Part shown: positions 1 through 13,745 of the stretch, piece after piece | Numbering within the stretch: the first letter of the stretch is position 1 | Layout: each line of letters begins with the position of its first letter | Assembly: GCF_001194135.2 (NCBI RefSeq) | Contig: NC_068992.1 | Location: forward strand, 2,167,363 to 2,222,935 | Direction: 5' to 3' | Origin: Octopus bimaculoides | Taxonomy: Eukaryota | DNA: 55,573 nt | Program-made: the position numbers and the translations under genes | The notes under the pieces: generated by a model | Seen by the model: the letters and a program-made list of their open reading frames with translations, nothing else | The model's database searches: none | Told to the model about the DNA's origin: nothing

Positions 1-57
<57 letters not shown>

Positions 58-232
58 CATACACACACACATATATACGTATATATTATATGTAGAACAT
101 TTATGAGTGTTTATGCGCATTTGTACATACATACTTGTACGCATACAAACATACGTATATGCACTCATACACTATACAAACAACACGCTCACACACACAC
201 GCACACACACACGCACACACACACATACACAC

Positions 233-263
<31 letters not shown>

Positions 264-265
264 GG
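1..265. repeat. (AT)n/(CA)n compound microsatellite
   Basis: Seen directly. Confidence 0.95.
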
Positions 266-415
266 GGCACGCAAACTTGTATTTAGATTGCTATATGCGA
301 ATGGCGATTCAGCCAAAACACAATAAAAAAATAAAGAAATGTAAAGGTACAATAATGAACATAAATATTTCATAAAATATAAACATACATTAAAGATCAC
401 ACATGCGTATAAGCA

Positions 416-487
416 TCGCTAGTCACTACACATTCTTTATTTTCTCTCCGTGTTTCTTTCTGTGTTCCTTTCTGTAGAAAATCGTAT
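416..487 (+). mobile_element. Repeat E partial copy
   Basis: TCGCTAGTCAC...TGTTTCTTTCTGTGTTCCTTTCTGTAGAAAATCG matches the reverse complement of about 3950-4020 and is truncated by an AT/CA repeat. Confidence 0.65.
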
Positions 488-1300
488 GTATATACATATG
501 CATATATACATACATATATATATATGAGGGTATACGTTTGTGTGTACAGAAACAAACATACATATATATATATATACACCGGAATCAGGCATACGTGTAC
601 CGGATAAAATATGACCTAATTCTCCAAAATACTTTGCATATTGGGATTATGTGAGTGCGTGTGTGTGTGTGTGTGTTTGTGAATAGACACACACATTTAT
701 ATAAATATATATACACACAAACACGCACAAACAAACACACAAAGAGTGGAGAAAGAATGACAGAGAGAGGGAGTGAGAGAGAGAAAGAAAGAGAGAGAGG
801 AGCAATATACTTCAGTTCATTCAGATACGCGTCGTATTATCATGGAAGGGCTCAATAAATATCTTATAACGCCTTTTAAAATTCAAAAGTGTTTTTTTTC
901 TGACAAATATGGAAAAAAGATTAAGACCTCACGATGTACAACGCGAGCCAACTGCAATCATATTAGATTCATATCTTGCCTACACACACATACACACACC
1001 TTTGTAAAGGCACATACACATACGTACAAGTAATTGCATCTTTTTTTTTTTTAATGTTTTCAATATGGCGAAGTTATTGAGTTTCCAAAAATCGTACTAA
1101 ATTTCTTAAGTCAAACACATAATTAATATTTGCTCGTTGTCATCTACACGCATGCACACATACATAGGGAGAGACAGTGAGAGAGACTCGTTTAAAGTAC
1201 TTGATGCAGGACAATTTTATACACACTTATGTTTTATGAACCTTTTTTCTTTAAACATGCTGGCCACTGGTATAAATTAATATCTTTAATAATTCTTACC

Positions 1301-1337
<37 letters not shown>

Positions 1338-3807
1338 GAATTCTTAAAATTCTGTTTAACAGATGCACAAATATATATAACAGGAAACTATAATAGCATA
1401 GATCCAGTTATCCGCACCGATGTTGATATATCATATAATCGAACGATATAGTTCTTGTATGTTACAGATGTCTTCTGTTGTGGTACGTAAAAAAAGTTTA
1501 CGTAAACATGAATTTTAAGAAGATGAAAACATTCTGGTGAAGAATTATGCCAAATGTTTTCGTTTATGCCTTCTCCATCAGCCACGTACAGAATAGATAA
1601 ACATAATTATGAAACCACCATGAACATCTAATTTCTCTCTGTTCACTTCGTGCTTCAAGGTAGTTTTAACACTTTCTAATTACCTATTTCTCGTTACATT
1701 ATCTTTGCCGTGTGAATTAAAATCCCTCTTGGGTTAAGTGTAGTGTATAATAAATGTCAGTTCTGTTATATTACTCTCTGTCTCTAAATTAAGATACGTG
1801 GGACAATACTCTGTGTGTGTATGGTACTCAAATATACAATTGTAGTTATGATTATATCAATTTCAGTGCAACAAAGAGTTTGAAATCAGAGTTCAGTGCT
1901 GCTCACAGACAGCATAATTGTTTGCAGAGTGATGGATGAGTTTAAGAATGATTCTAATTGTTTTATGACACACATCATGTTAGCCATCGTCAAATAAATG
2001 AGCATCATAAAATGGAAGGTAAGCTTTCGTTTGTAGCTGTCACGTGACTTAACTCATTAAAAGCCTTTAGGGAATTTAATGGCTTCCAGTTAACGCTTTC
2101 TCTCTGAACCAGAATGAGGAAATTTCTGTCCAATTAAAAATTATCTCCAGCTTCAGTCTAGAATGTCGGAGACTTGGTGGTCAGATGCCACAAGCGGGAA
2201 GTCATTTCAAGGACTGGACACACTATTATTCCAACTGAATCGTTTGACAAAGCTAATATTGAATATAAGGAGACAACCCACTGATATGAAGGAACTAATA
2301 ATCTATATGAGAGAAAGTGTATAATTTTTAAGACGTGAGGTGAGGTGAGAATTCTAACTTGACGCCACTTAGGACATTTCTTTAGAAAACATGACAAGAC
2401 AAAATATAAAAACAAGTAACATTGGCAGAAAATATATAGGGAAGAGATACACATGGGAGAAACACTATCATACAATTTTGTTCATTATCTCCCTGGTTAC
2501 AGCTGAAGTAAATCCTCTTGTAAGCCACTGAAGGAACCCAACCACAACTTCAGAATTCTCTCCATTTTACGGCATTCTTGCCATCATTAAATATTCAATC
2601 ATCATTGATCTGATTATCACCCGCTCTGACTATGAGAGATCTTTTTCATTTCTAATTTAGCCAGTAAAATAATACCTTGATGTTATTAATGTTGACATTG
2701 ATGTCATTAATCTCCACCTAAGCTTTGGTCGAGTAGGCGTTGACCACCCAAATTTTAATTCAGACACAATATATATACAGAACTGTTTCAGGAACGTTAG
2801 AATTGGTTACACATCAGACAAAATGCCTTACTTTGAGTTACTGAACTCACTTTTGTTCTGAGTTCAAATTCTATACTATCAACTTTACCATTTATTACAC
2901 AGAGGCCGATAGAATAAGTGCCAATACAGAAGTGTTGAGCTTCGTTTTAACTGAGTAAAGAGAATGCTCCAGTATGACTACTGTCCAATGATTTTAACGA
3001 GCAAAAGAATCATTTTCTACTTAATGATGTTAAAACGTGATTTGAGAGGAAAATATGACTACTATTTCTAGCTTATTCATTGAAATTGTTGTGCCCATAC
3101 TGTTATAGATAGTTTTCCTATTCTATTTCAAGAGTTTCCCACTCCATCAGATGTGTGTGCGTTTATCTTTGGGTCTATCTATCTATTTGTCTATCTATAT
3201 ACATATATATATTNNNNNNNNNNNNNNNNNNNNNNNNNNNNNNNNNNNNNNNNNNNNNNNNNNNNNNNNNNNNNNNNNNNNNNNNNNNNNNNNNNNNNNN
3301 NNNNNNNNNNNNNNNNNNNNNNNNNNNNNNNNNNNNNNNNNNNNNNNNNNNNNNNNNNNNNNNNNNNNNNNNNNNNNNNNNNNNNNNNNNNNNNNNNNNN
3401 NNNNNNNNNNNNNNNNNNNNNNNNNNNNNNNNNNNNNNNNNNNNNNNNNNNNNNNNNNNNNNNNNNNNNNNNNNNNNNNNNNNNNNNNNNNNNNNNNNNN
3501 NNNNNNNNNNNNNNNNNNNNNNNNNNNNNNNNNNNNNNNNNNNNNNNNNNNNNNNNNNNNNNNNNNNNNNNNNNNNNNNNNNNNNNNNNNNNNNNNNNNN
3601 NNNNNNNNNNNNNNNNNNNNNNNNNNNNNNNNNNNNNNNNNNNNNNNNNNNNNNNNNNNNNNNNNNNNNNNNNNNNNNNNNNNNNNNNNNNNNNNNNNNN
3701 NNNNNNNNNNNNNNNNNNNNNNNNNNNNNNNNNNNNNNNNNNNNNNNNNNNNNNNNNNNNNNNNNNNNNNNNNNNNNNNNNNNNNNNNNNNNNNNNNNNN
3801 NNNNNNN

Positions 3808-3840
<33 letters not shown>

Positions 3841-3844
<4 letters not shown>

Positions 3845-4020
3845 GAAATTACAAAAAAAACAACAAAAGGTGAAGACAGGTGTGTAAAAACAAACACATA
3901 TATTAGTTTAAGTCTCGGGAAGTGAGAAAGTCTTTTACGTTTCGAACCTACGCTCTTCGACAGAAAGGAACACAGAAATAAACAGAGAGAGAACATTGAA
4001 AAAGGTTTCGTGCCTAGCGA
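3841..4020 (-). mobile_element. Short interspersed repeat E, probable Penelope-like-element terminal-repeat derivative
   Basis: Minus strand TCGCTAGGCAC...TGTTTATTTCTGTGTTCCTTTCTGTCGAAGAGCG is homologous to the plus-strand partial copy at 416-487. It contains a hammerhead-like motif at 3932-3967. Confidence 0.65.
3932..3967 (-). ncRNA. Minimal type I hammerhead-like motif with non-canonical core (CUGUCGA)
   Basis: CTTT CTGTCGA A GAGC GTAG GTTC GAA ACGT A AAAG: stem I CTTT/AAAG, stem II GAGC/GTTC, palindromic ACGT stem III, GUA triplet. Confidence 0.5.
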
Positions 4021-4504
4021 TATATATATATATTTAGTTATTTATTTATTTATATGTATCTAGTTGTAGCAGAGGATTTCCGTTTATCAAAACTGAACAT
4101 TCAAACGTTCGATTAACTGATTAACTAAGTTATCCTCTTAATTAAAGTGTAACTAACCGCGTATTATAAAGTCAACTAATTCACATAACATAATTCTCGG
4201 GCAGAATCAGAATGACAGAGGTTGTGACAAAACTGTAACTTATTTTACAGTTTCCGTCAAACCCAATTTTACTCACAGTATCGATACAAAGCGAGGAAGC
4301 ACCGAATAGCAAAAGATACCAGGGAGCGGGATCGAAATGGGAACCCGGAGTTTGCGAAGTGAAGACACTGACAATGTGTAGCGAGTGAATATTGGTGTGT
4401 TTGAGTTTATTTCGATTATTTCATGATGCTGAAGCACTAAATTAGAGAAACCGACAACAGAAGCAGCTCTAGCAAAAACAGAAAGAAATAACAGGCACAC
4501 ACAG

Positions 4505-4535
<31 letters not shown>

Positions 4536-6969
4536 TATATACATATGTGTGTGTGTGTGTGTATCGATAAAGAGAGAGAGGAAGGGGAACAACAAGGTGA
4601 TGATGATGTTGATGACGATGACGATGATGATGATGATGATGATGATAATCATGATGCTGATGGAAGAAAGCATTATGAAGTAATGTTTGTGGTGTGTATA
4701 TTCATCGGCGGCAAGCTTTTTAAAAGGCAAGAATCGTATACATTGGAAATGGAATGAGTCAGAATGCGTCTATAATGGTTCCGTATAAAAAAAGAATTTT
4801 GTGAATGAAATTGACCGAAACTGGAAAAAGTTTGATTTTTTGAGATTTTTTTTTTTTTTCTTAGATGAGGAGTTGCGAGGGCAGGAGTTCTTTGCCAGCG
4901 GGTTTCAATGTTTTTTATTCGAAACGACAAAAGAGCTGGACCTATTTCTTCTCAAGCTTCGGGGCAATTGTCAGTTCTCTCTGCTGGGCATTCAATGCGC
5001 CATTTCATCATTGAGTCGCACACATTTATATACAGCACGCAAACACACNNNNNNNNNNNNNNNNNNNNNNNNNNNNNNNNNNNNNNNNNNNNNNNNNNNN
5101 NNNNNNNNNNNNNNNNNNNNNNNNNNNNNNNNNNNNNNNNNNNNNNNNNNNNNNNNNNNNNNNNNNNNNNNNNNNNNNNNNNNNNNNNNNNNNNNNNNNN
5201 NNNNNNNNNNNNNNNNNNNNNNNNNNNNNNNNNNNNNNNNNNNNNNNNNNNNNNNNNNNNNNNNNNNNNNNNNNNNNNNNNNNNNNNNNNNNNNNNNNNN
5301 NNNNNNNNNNNNNNNNNNNNNNNNNNNNNNNNNNNNNNNNNNNNNNNNNNNNNNNNNNNNNNNNNNNNNNNNNNNNNNNNNNNNNNNNNNNNNNNNNNNN
5401 NNNNNNNNNNNNNNNNNNNNNNNNNNNNNNNNNNNNNNNNNNNNNNNNNNNNNNNNNNNNNNNNNNNNNNNNNNNNNNNNNNNNNNNNNNNNNNNNNNNN
5501 NNNNNNNNNNNNNNNNNNNNNNNNNNNNNNNNNNNNNNNNNNNNNNNNNNNNNNNNNNNNNNNNNNNNNNNNNNNNNNNNNNNNNNNNNNNNNNNNNNNN
5601 NNNNNNNNNNNNNNNNNNNNNNNNNNNNNNNNNNNNNNNNNNNNNNNNNNNNNNNNNNNNNNNNNNNNNNNNNNNNNNNNNNNNNNNNNNNNNNNNNNNN
5701 NNNNNNNNNNNNNNNNNNNNNNNNNNNNNNNNNNNNNNNNNNNNNNNNNNNNNNNNNNNNNNNNNNNNNNNNNNNNNNNNNNNNNNNNNNNNNNNNNNNN
5801 NNNNNNNNNNNNNNNNNNNNNNNNNNNNNNNNNNNNNNNNNNNNNNNNNNNNNNNNNNNNNNNNNNNNNNNNNNNNATATATATATATATATATATACGC
5901 GTATGCACGTGTGTTTGTGCTCCTATTTAAGTATAGTATGTTTGTAATATATGTTTGTGTGTGTGTGTGTGTGTGAGTGTGTGAGTGTGTGTGTGTAGGC
6001 TGATGTCATTGTTTTAACAGTTGTTTACTTTCTATTTTCGCCTCTTTGACCTTAGTTTCCTGGAAAATGGAACGAGTGGAGATGAATTGATTTTATTTAT
6101 ATCGTCAGACTTCTTCATTCATTGTTATTGGTGTTGTTGTTATTATTATTATTAATGATGTTGTTGTTGTTGTGACTGTTGTTGTTTATTACAGATTGCT
6201 ATTTACATTGCCTTTCCGTTATTTACTTCAATTGTTCTTGTTGGATTGGCGAGACAGCCGTCCAAGGAGGGGGGTAGAGTGAGCTGCGCGTCTCTCTCAA
6301 TACATTACTGGCAATCATTCCATTGATTCCGGAAGTATAAATGATAGAATTGGCTCCGGCGCGATTTGACCCCGCAATCTAGATGTTTATAATTAAATAC
6401 CGTTGTCCGACAAACTGTACATTCTGACAACAATATAACAATTGATTATTTCTTCCTAATTAATTCTAGTCTAAAATTACCTTCAGCTCAATTACTTTGA
6501 TCTTCAATAATAATAAATCAAACAGTATTTGTTTTGTTTCATTTTTGTTTCCAAGTTTAGTTTTTGTGAAGAATGGAGCACTGTGACAAGCTGGAATGAA
6601 ATATTTCGACTCGGAATGGTCAAAAATTCTTAGTCTGGGTAGTATGTGAGAGTTTTAGCAATTAGTGGGAAATGCATAAGTTCATCAGTGAAGAAATTGT
6701 AATTACGCATCTGTTGCTTAGCATCCACACCGGAACTGTTTTCACTTCTGCATTAGGGATGAAAGGGCAGCACTCATGACCCCCCCCCCACACACACACA
6801 CTTATGAAGAGGATCTTCAAGACTTTGGGTCAGAAAGGACAGAGTTAACCTCAAACAGGGCATTATCCGAAAACTACCAAAACAATGGAATTTCATTAAA
6901 TGTACGCAAGCACTCGATGGCGATGTTGAATCGGGTGTCAGGCCGGGTAATACAGCGGGTACCAGATGA

Positions 6970-7295
6970 AGTTTACTACCTAACAATTTTGAAAGTGAGA
7001 AGCGAGAAGAAATTCTGCAAGCCATCTCGTTTTATGCTTCAGACAATGATAACCCATGAAACGGGTCTGATACTTGATTTTATCAACTCCGAAAGTATGA
7101 AATCCAAAGGATACTTCAATGGGATCTGATCAAACCTAACCGGTGAGTCAAAAACGTGCTGCGCAGAAATCGTTCAAATATTGTATTGAGCCTTAAATTC
7201 TCCAGCCTCCAAGACGACCTGTTTACGCACGTTTCATGACGGTGATACGTGTAACGGACTAGCGTTTTATGGAAGTAAGCGTTTGTCAGACAGTT
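6970..7295 (+). pseudogene. Probable hAT transposase C-terminal relic (dimerisation region)
   Basis: Broken frames read LLPNNFESEKREEILQAISFYASD..., then EIVQILY*ALNSPASKTTCLRTF, MTVIRVTD*RFM and KRLSD. This parallels the hATC pattern L..AL.LP.S.A.CER.FS.MK.IKT.LR..M...RL..L. No TIRs were found. Confidence 0.45.
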
Positions 7296-7411
7296 ACACA
7301 GTGGATCAATCATGAATCGGGAAGTAACTTAATGGCATTTGGTTAGCGATTTCAAATACATGACTCAGATTGAATTCATCTCAGAGAAGAGATAACAATA
7401 AAATAACAACT

Positions 7412-7726
7412 GCCGCTGCATCGATTTCGCCGACATGTGCTCCAGTTGATCCGATCAGTGGAACAACCGGATCAGAATTTTACGTGCAAATGGTTGAGGA
7501 CTGCGCACTGCACAGACATGCATACCCTTAGCTTAGTTCTCGGGGAGATTCAGCGTGTCACAGAATGGGACAAGGGAATGGCTTTCAAATACAACGGCAG
7601 CTCATTTTTGCCAGCGGTGTGGACATGAAATAAAGTGCCTTGTTCAAAAACACAACGCACCACCACGAATCGAACTCACGACCTTACGATCGGGAGACAT
7701 CTACCCCAACCACTAAGCCACGCGTC
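7412..7726 (-). mobile_element. SINE family B copy (tRNA head, CORE-like segment, long tail)
   Basis: Minus strand has A-box TGGCTTAGTGG (7710-7720), B-box GAGTTCGATTC (7667-7677) and GCGTTGTGTTTTTGAACAAGGCACTT. Its tail CACGCTGAATCTCCCCGAGAACTA...GGATCAACTGGA is shared with 21681-22012. Confidence 0.85.
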
Positions 7727-7999
7727 TTCACATACCAAAACTAACATTGTTAATGAAAATACATTATTATATATTTGATAGAAAGAGGTTGCGACTTCGT
7801 TTCGTGATTTGATCGGATATGTTTCTACCGTCCATTCACCAATCCATCCTCAAATTTAGACAGACGTTAAGTTTTCCAACTATTTAAATTTTATTGTGAA
7901 AGGAACGACGGAAAAGATGAGGACGGTGTTGTTCTTCGGCTTTTCTTTCCTTTTTTCTTTCCTTCACATTGTAACATTCTGGGAATTTCAATATCAATT

Positions 8000-8131
8000 C
8001 ATCCTATCTCTTTCATCTTTCTCTCTCTCTCTTAATCCTCCTCTCTCTCTCACACCCTAACCTTTATCATTTCCACTCGTCCTATTTCACAATTCTCTAT
8101 TTCTCTCGCTCGCTCTCTCTCTCTCTCTCTT

Positions 8132-8171
<40 letters not shown>

Positions 8172-8499
8172 CACTCTTCACATTCAGCATGATGATTAGG
8201 TCTCTGGAAATAATTTCACGGCTCAGATGAAAACAACATAAATATCTCTTGATCGATCACTCTCTCTGCCTCTCCTTCTCTTTCTCTCTCTCTCTCTCTC
8301 TTTTTGCCTCTCTCTCTCGCTACATATATATATATGTATATATATATATATATGATTATGTATATTCATACATACATTTATAGATATATATATAAGTACA
8401 TATACGTATATATGTATATAAATATATATAATATACATATATGCATATATGTATGTATATACATGTTCATATATATATGTATATATATATATATATATG

Positions 8500-8555
<56 letters not shown>

Positions 8556-8790
8556 TACATAGGTATATAAGCACATATACACACACGCATTACTCTCTTT
8601 TTATCTCTCTCCCTATCTACATTGCTCTCTCTTTATCTCGCTAATCTCTATGTCGCTAATGCAACTTCCTCTAACTGTGACTCGTACTTTATTCCATTTC
8701 TCTCCCTCTCTCTCTCCCTCTCTCTCTCTCCCCCTCTCTCTCTCTCTCTCTCTCTCCTCCCTCCCTCCCATCAATCTACTCTATCTGCCA
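8000..8790. repeat. (CT)n/(AT)n compound low-complexity block
   Basis: Seen directly; includes a duplicated CTCTCTCTTAATCCTC unit. Confidence 0.9.
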
Positions 8791-9790
8791 CACAAACTAA
8801 CATGTTTTGCCTCCACCAGCACCACCACAATAATATAGATCTTTTCAATCAACCTTCGCCATACACACACACATACACACATGCATGCATACATGCACAT
8901 ACATTCATGCATACGCACACACATACACACACACATATTTATATATCCTATCTTATCTTCCTCTCCGTATAACATTCCATAGACTTACGCCCCACTCCCA
9001 TATTTTCACATCCTTGCCTTGAAATCTTTCACACACACTCTCCCTCTCTGTTTATCTCCCACCCTTTTCTCTTTTAGTATACGTGTGTATATATATATAG
9101 ATAGATATACATACACATATATATCTATATATATTCTTTATATTTAGCAATTTTACCTTCACATGATTTCCACCTCTACACGTTTCTCTTATTTCTCCCC
9201 TTCTCTCTGTCCGTCTTTCCCCCACCTCTCTGTGTGAATGTGTGTGTGTGTTCACTCACGCGTTTGTATGAAAGTTTCACTTTCACTTTCTCAATCACTC
9301 TCTCTTTCATTTTCTCCCTCTTTTCCGTTCTTTTATGCCTCAGTTTTCTTTCTCTCTCACACTTTCTGTTTCTCCCAATCTCTCTGTCTCTCTCGATTTC
9401 TCGCTGCTATAATAACGAACATTTTAGTTCAGTTAAGCAGGATTATATGTAACAGATGAAGACAGTGAATAAAGGCTAATTGGTTGCTGTCACGAGAAAT
9501 CTTATCATCTCTAGCATGACAGCTTTGCAGTTTTCACTGATTTATAAACCATAAATATATAACTGTTGCTTCTCCTTACCAATAGCCTCGTCACAAGGTG
9601 ATAAGTAGCAAGCAAATCTACACACTGTCGTCTGCGTATATATATGTATATATAGATATATGTCTGTGTAGTTCGTATGCATATATCTGCTCACTTATTC
9701 AAGCGTGCATGTATGTATACATGCATGCATATATATGTATCTGAACACGTAAGTGTGCAATTTTGCATGTCATAGCTTTAATAGTTTTAC

Positions 9791-9825
<35 letters not shown>

Positions 9826-10317
9826 NNNNNNNNNNATATATATATATATATATATATATGCTTGCATGCATGCGCGCGTGTGTGTTTGTGTGTGGGTGTG
9901 CGTGTGTGTGTGAATCCTTTGTTGTTATTTTTCAAACGTATTGACAATAAGAGTCGGTTTCTAACTCATACCTTCACTGGAATTGGAAGAACATTAGATA
10001 CGTATGTACGCATTTGCGTATGTATGTTTGTTTGGATGGATGGATGTGTGTGTGTATTTATTTATTTATTTTTGTATATTTATGTACCTATGTTGCATGG
10101 TCGGGTCATCGACGATCAAAGCGACAACTCTAGCGAGCCTAATTGATTTTCGTTGAATACGAAACAGAACAGAAACAAAAGCTTACTCTCAGACTTGTAG
10201 CCTTTGTTTAGATTTCGTTTCGGTGGCGCTGCAGGAAAAGCTAGGAAAACAGACAATTGTTGTCGCTGGATGTTCCTGTCAGGGTTTTGCACATTATGTA
10301 TTATGATATATATATAA

Positions 10318-10538
10318 GGCGGCGAGCTGGCAGGAACGTTAGCACGCCGAGCAAAATGTTTAGCGGTATTTCGTCTGTCTTTACGTTCTGAATTGAAATT
10401 CTGCCGATGTCGACTTTGCCTTTCATCGTTAGGAGTCGATGAATTAAGTACCAGATGCGTATTGAGGTCGATCTAATCGACTCATCCCCCACCCATAAAA
10501 AACATTCGGACCTTCTGCCCAGAGTAGAAAAGGTTATT
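10318..10538 (+). mobile_element. SINE family A copy (tRNA-derived head, conserved central domain, tail type 1)
   Basis: Head GGCGGCGAGCTGGCAGGAACGTTAGCACG, B-box-like GAATTGAAATTC, central GTCGACTTTGCCTTTCATC...TAAGTACCAG, tail ...AGTAGAAAAGGTTATT. Aligns by eye with copies at 17565, 19630 and 25987. Confidence 0.85.
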
Positions 10539-13500
10539 ACGATATCTAAACTTATTCTTTATTACTAAGCCGGCGGATTCTTCATCATCACCGTCATCCA
10601 GACACACACAAACGNNNNNNNNNNNNNNNNNNNNNNNNNNNNNNNNNNNNNNNNNNNNNNNNNNNNNNNNNNNNNNNNNNNNNNNNNNNNNNNNNNNNNN
10701 NNNNNNNNNNNNNNNNNNNNNNNNNNNNNNNNNNNNNNNNNNNNNNNNNNNNNNNNNNNNNNNNNNNNNNNNNNNNNNNNNNNNNNNNNNNNNNNNNNNN
10801 NNNTATACATGCTAACGCACATAGAGAAATATTTTGCAGATTTCAGCGAAATTCTAGCTCGATACATTTCTGTTCCTGTTTCTTTGAATTTTGGAACATT
10901 ATCCGCAACCAAACAGGACAAACATTAGATTCCGTAATAGAGAAGGAAACTATTATTTTTATGTTGCAGAAGAATGAAGGTTTTAATGGTCATGCCTTTC
11001 GAAGGGAATCGATAAAATCGGTTCAACTACAAATTGAAAGAATTTCACGTACTGCTTCTATTGGGATATTTCTTCTATTCTAAATCCACCCCCTCCCCCG
11101 AGTTTCCCCTAAAAATACATAGGCCAGTGTTAGCTTTTGTTGCTGTGTTTGCTCATATTTATATTTTGTCTTTTCTCCTGCGCAACCCTTTTCTTCAATA
11201 TTTTGATAGGTTGGTACAGCTACCATAATGATGTTATTGTTTCTGGTATTGTGTTAGGTAAACAGAATTTATTTCTTCGTCGTGCAAAAAAATAAAAAGA
11301 AAGAAAACACAAATGAAATAGAATCAGCTCATAAGCTTGTCATTTCCCTATCGATTTTCCATAAGATTTACAGAGAAAAAAATAATGTTTTGTAGTTTGA
11401 AGCCAAAACCAAAATGTCTATATTCTGCTCTAACAATAAAGTGGCGTATAAAATCTACTTTTCATTAAATGTATCCACGTTAAGGGTTAAGTTTTTGAAA
11501 CATACTTTCAGAAACGAATGTCACCTATTGCTATCAATACACATATAATACCTCCCTTCATTTTGAACAGTAAATCTAGTTCTTTGCCTGGCCAACCACA
11601 GCGTAAATAGTTAATCAGCGATGGCAATTTCTGTTCATTGGTAGCAGCCTGCGGCAAATATCTTCTAGCTTGAAGCAAGGGTCAAATTTCATTTGTTGTC
11701 ATATGACATTTAGACTTCGCTCCATCAGACATAATTGTAATGTTGTTTGGTTTTCATTTTCGTTGAATCATTCACAAGATGAAGCTGCTTCAACTAACGC
11801 TTTCAGACAAATGGTTCATACTATTCAGAAAATTGTCTACCAGGAGTACGGACTCTGTATGCTTTTGTATAACACGTTTAGAAGAGAATATGGTGGGATA
11901 ATTATACAAACACTAACAAGCTGCAATTATGGAGACAAAATGGCGCAGACAATTGACGAGGTCTTGACTATTAATAATACGAGGCATTGTGTGTGAGCTT
12001 ATATATATACATGTATATATATCTATATGTATATGTATGTATGTATATGAATATATATATATATATTCATATATATATATATANNNNNNNNNNNTAGCAT
12101 TCGGCCAACCAAAGCTTTTGAGTTGATTGATAAATATATATAAGAAGGTGTGTGCCTATGTGTGTGTATATTAGTTTACAGCTTATCTTTTAGAAATGTA
12201 TTATAGGAATCAAAACTGTTATCTTTCTTTATCAGTTTTGGTGTTTTCTTAATCATTTTTCATATTTTATTTGTCATAATCCCATCCGACGTTTCTCCAA
12301 CTTTCCCGTTAAAGTGGAGCTAATGATAGATTGGTAGCGTCCTTCATGTATAACAGGATACTAGCATATCCATACACAACTGAAATCTGAAAGCTGCAAG
12401 CTCTGGATATACACATACTATGCTCTATCCGATTGACGAAACATGCACAAAAATGTTTTATTGTAACACGCTGTATAAGACATTAACAAATTAAAATTAA
12501 ATAGAAAGCAGTATTTGCTGGTAACATAATTGTATTACACTGAATATGAAAGTTGTGTGGCTGTGAAGTGTAGATTTCCATTTAATCCCGTCTGGTTGTA
12601 GACGACATTATTATTTAGACTCCCGTTGCATGGTCAGCTTGTTAGAACATACGACTCGTACTTTCAGTGTAACACTTAAAGTCTCATTTTTACAGCTTGC
12701 TCTTGCATCTTCACCCGAAGAGATCTTGGGTTATCATACAACATTAATAGCAACCACTGTTAAACGTTATTTCACCCAGAAAGTATTAGCGGCAAAGATG
12801 GCGTAACATCAGATGGGAATACGACAAAGAGAATTAGGAGATTAGTTATGAAAACTATATTCATAACAAAATACAAATGCAGTGCAAAGCCCATCATAGC
12901 AGGCCTTACAAGAAAACTGACACCAGACACCACTAAAAGTAAATTATTTCCTGATTGTTGAAAGAAACCTGACATCGAGAGTGAACAGAGTTTCAAGTCT
13001 TTTCTAAAAATAACGAACAAGCAGTAGACGCATCATTATCATATTGCTTGTTTACACTCATAAACGAACACACACGTCAACACATGAATGTATGTTTGTG
13101 TATATTGTGAGTGTATGTATGTATATCAACAAACAGGGTCGTATTTTTGTTCGGAAGCATTGAAAGCGCATTTAGCAAGCTCTCCTATGCGGTTGTGAGT
13201 AAATTTCTGCTCTATATTGGCTTCAGTTGTGATTTACGACTGCTTCCCAAAACAATATAATCTGCCAATGGACGAAGGGATTTTAATAATCTTTGACATG
13301 ACGGTAGTATGAAACTGTAAGACATTGCCGCCATCTTATAAACGTGTGCGAGTATACGCGTGTTTACTTATAAACGAGTGCGCTTGCATAGTCAGGTGGG
13401 GAGGGAGTTCGTCAGGTTCAGTGAAACAGTGCTCCCCACCCCAACTCACCTCCTGCAGTTTCAGGTAATTGAAATTCTTATCTGACGTTCATTTTTAAAG

Positions 13501-13694
13501 TTGTAGGTTTCACGAGTGAGCTGGATTCCTTTAAATCAGCGACAAACAACCTCGTTTATCGAAATCCTGACTACGCCCCTAGATACGGGTGCGAGCGTAC
13601 GTATACATGCCTATACGTGCACTAGCAGCCGTATCCAGACTCAGGCACACATACATACAGACAGAGACACACATGCATACACATACAAGTATAA

Positions 13695-13745
<51 letters not shown>

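Noticed and set aside
1928-2290. Possible exons around donor GTAAGC (2019) and acceptors at 2112 and 2150; weak GDLVVRC resemblance to PTEN/tensin C2
   Set aside because: Joining them gives stops in the tested frames, and the similarity is only a few residues.
4845-5030. Strong poly-T acceptor followed by an open frame (DEELRGQEFF...)
   Set aside because: No recognisable product or donor, and it runs into a gap.
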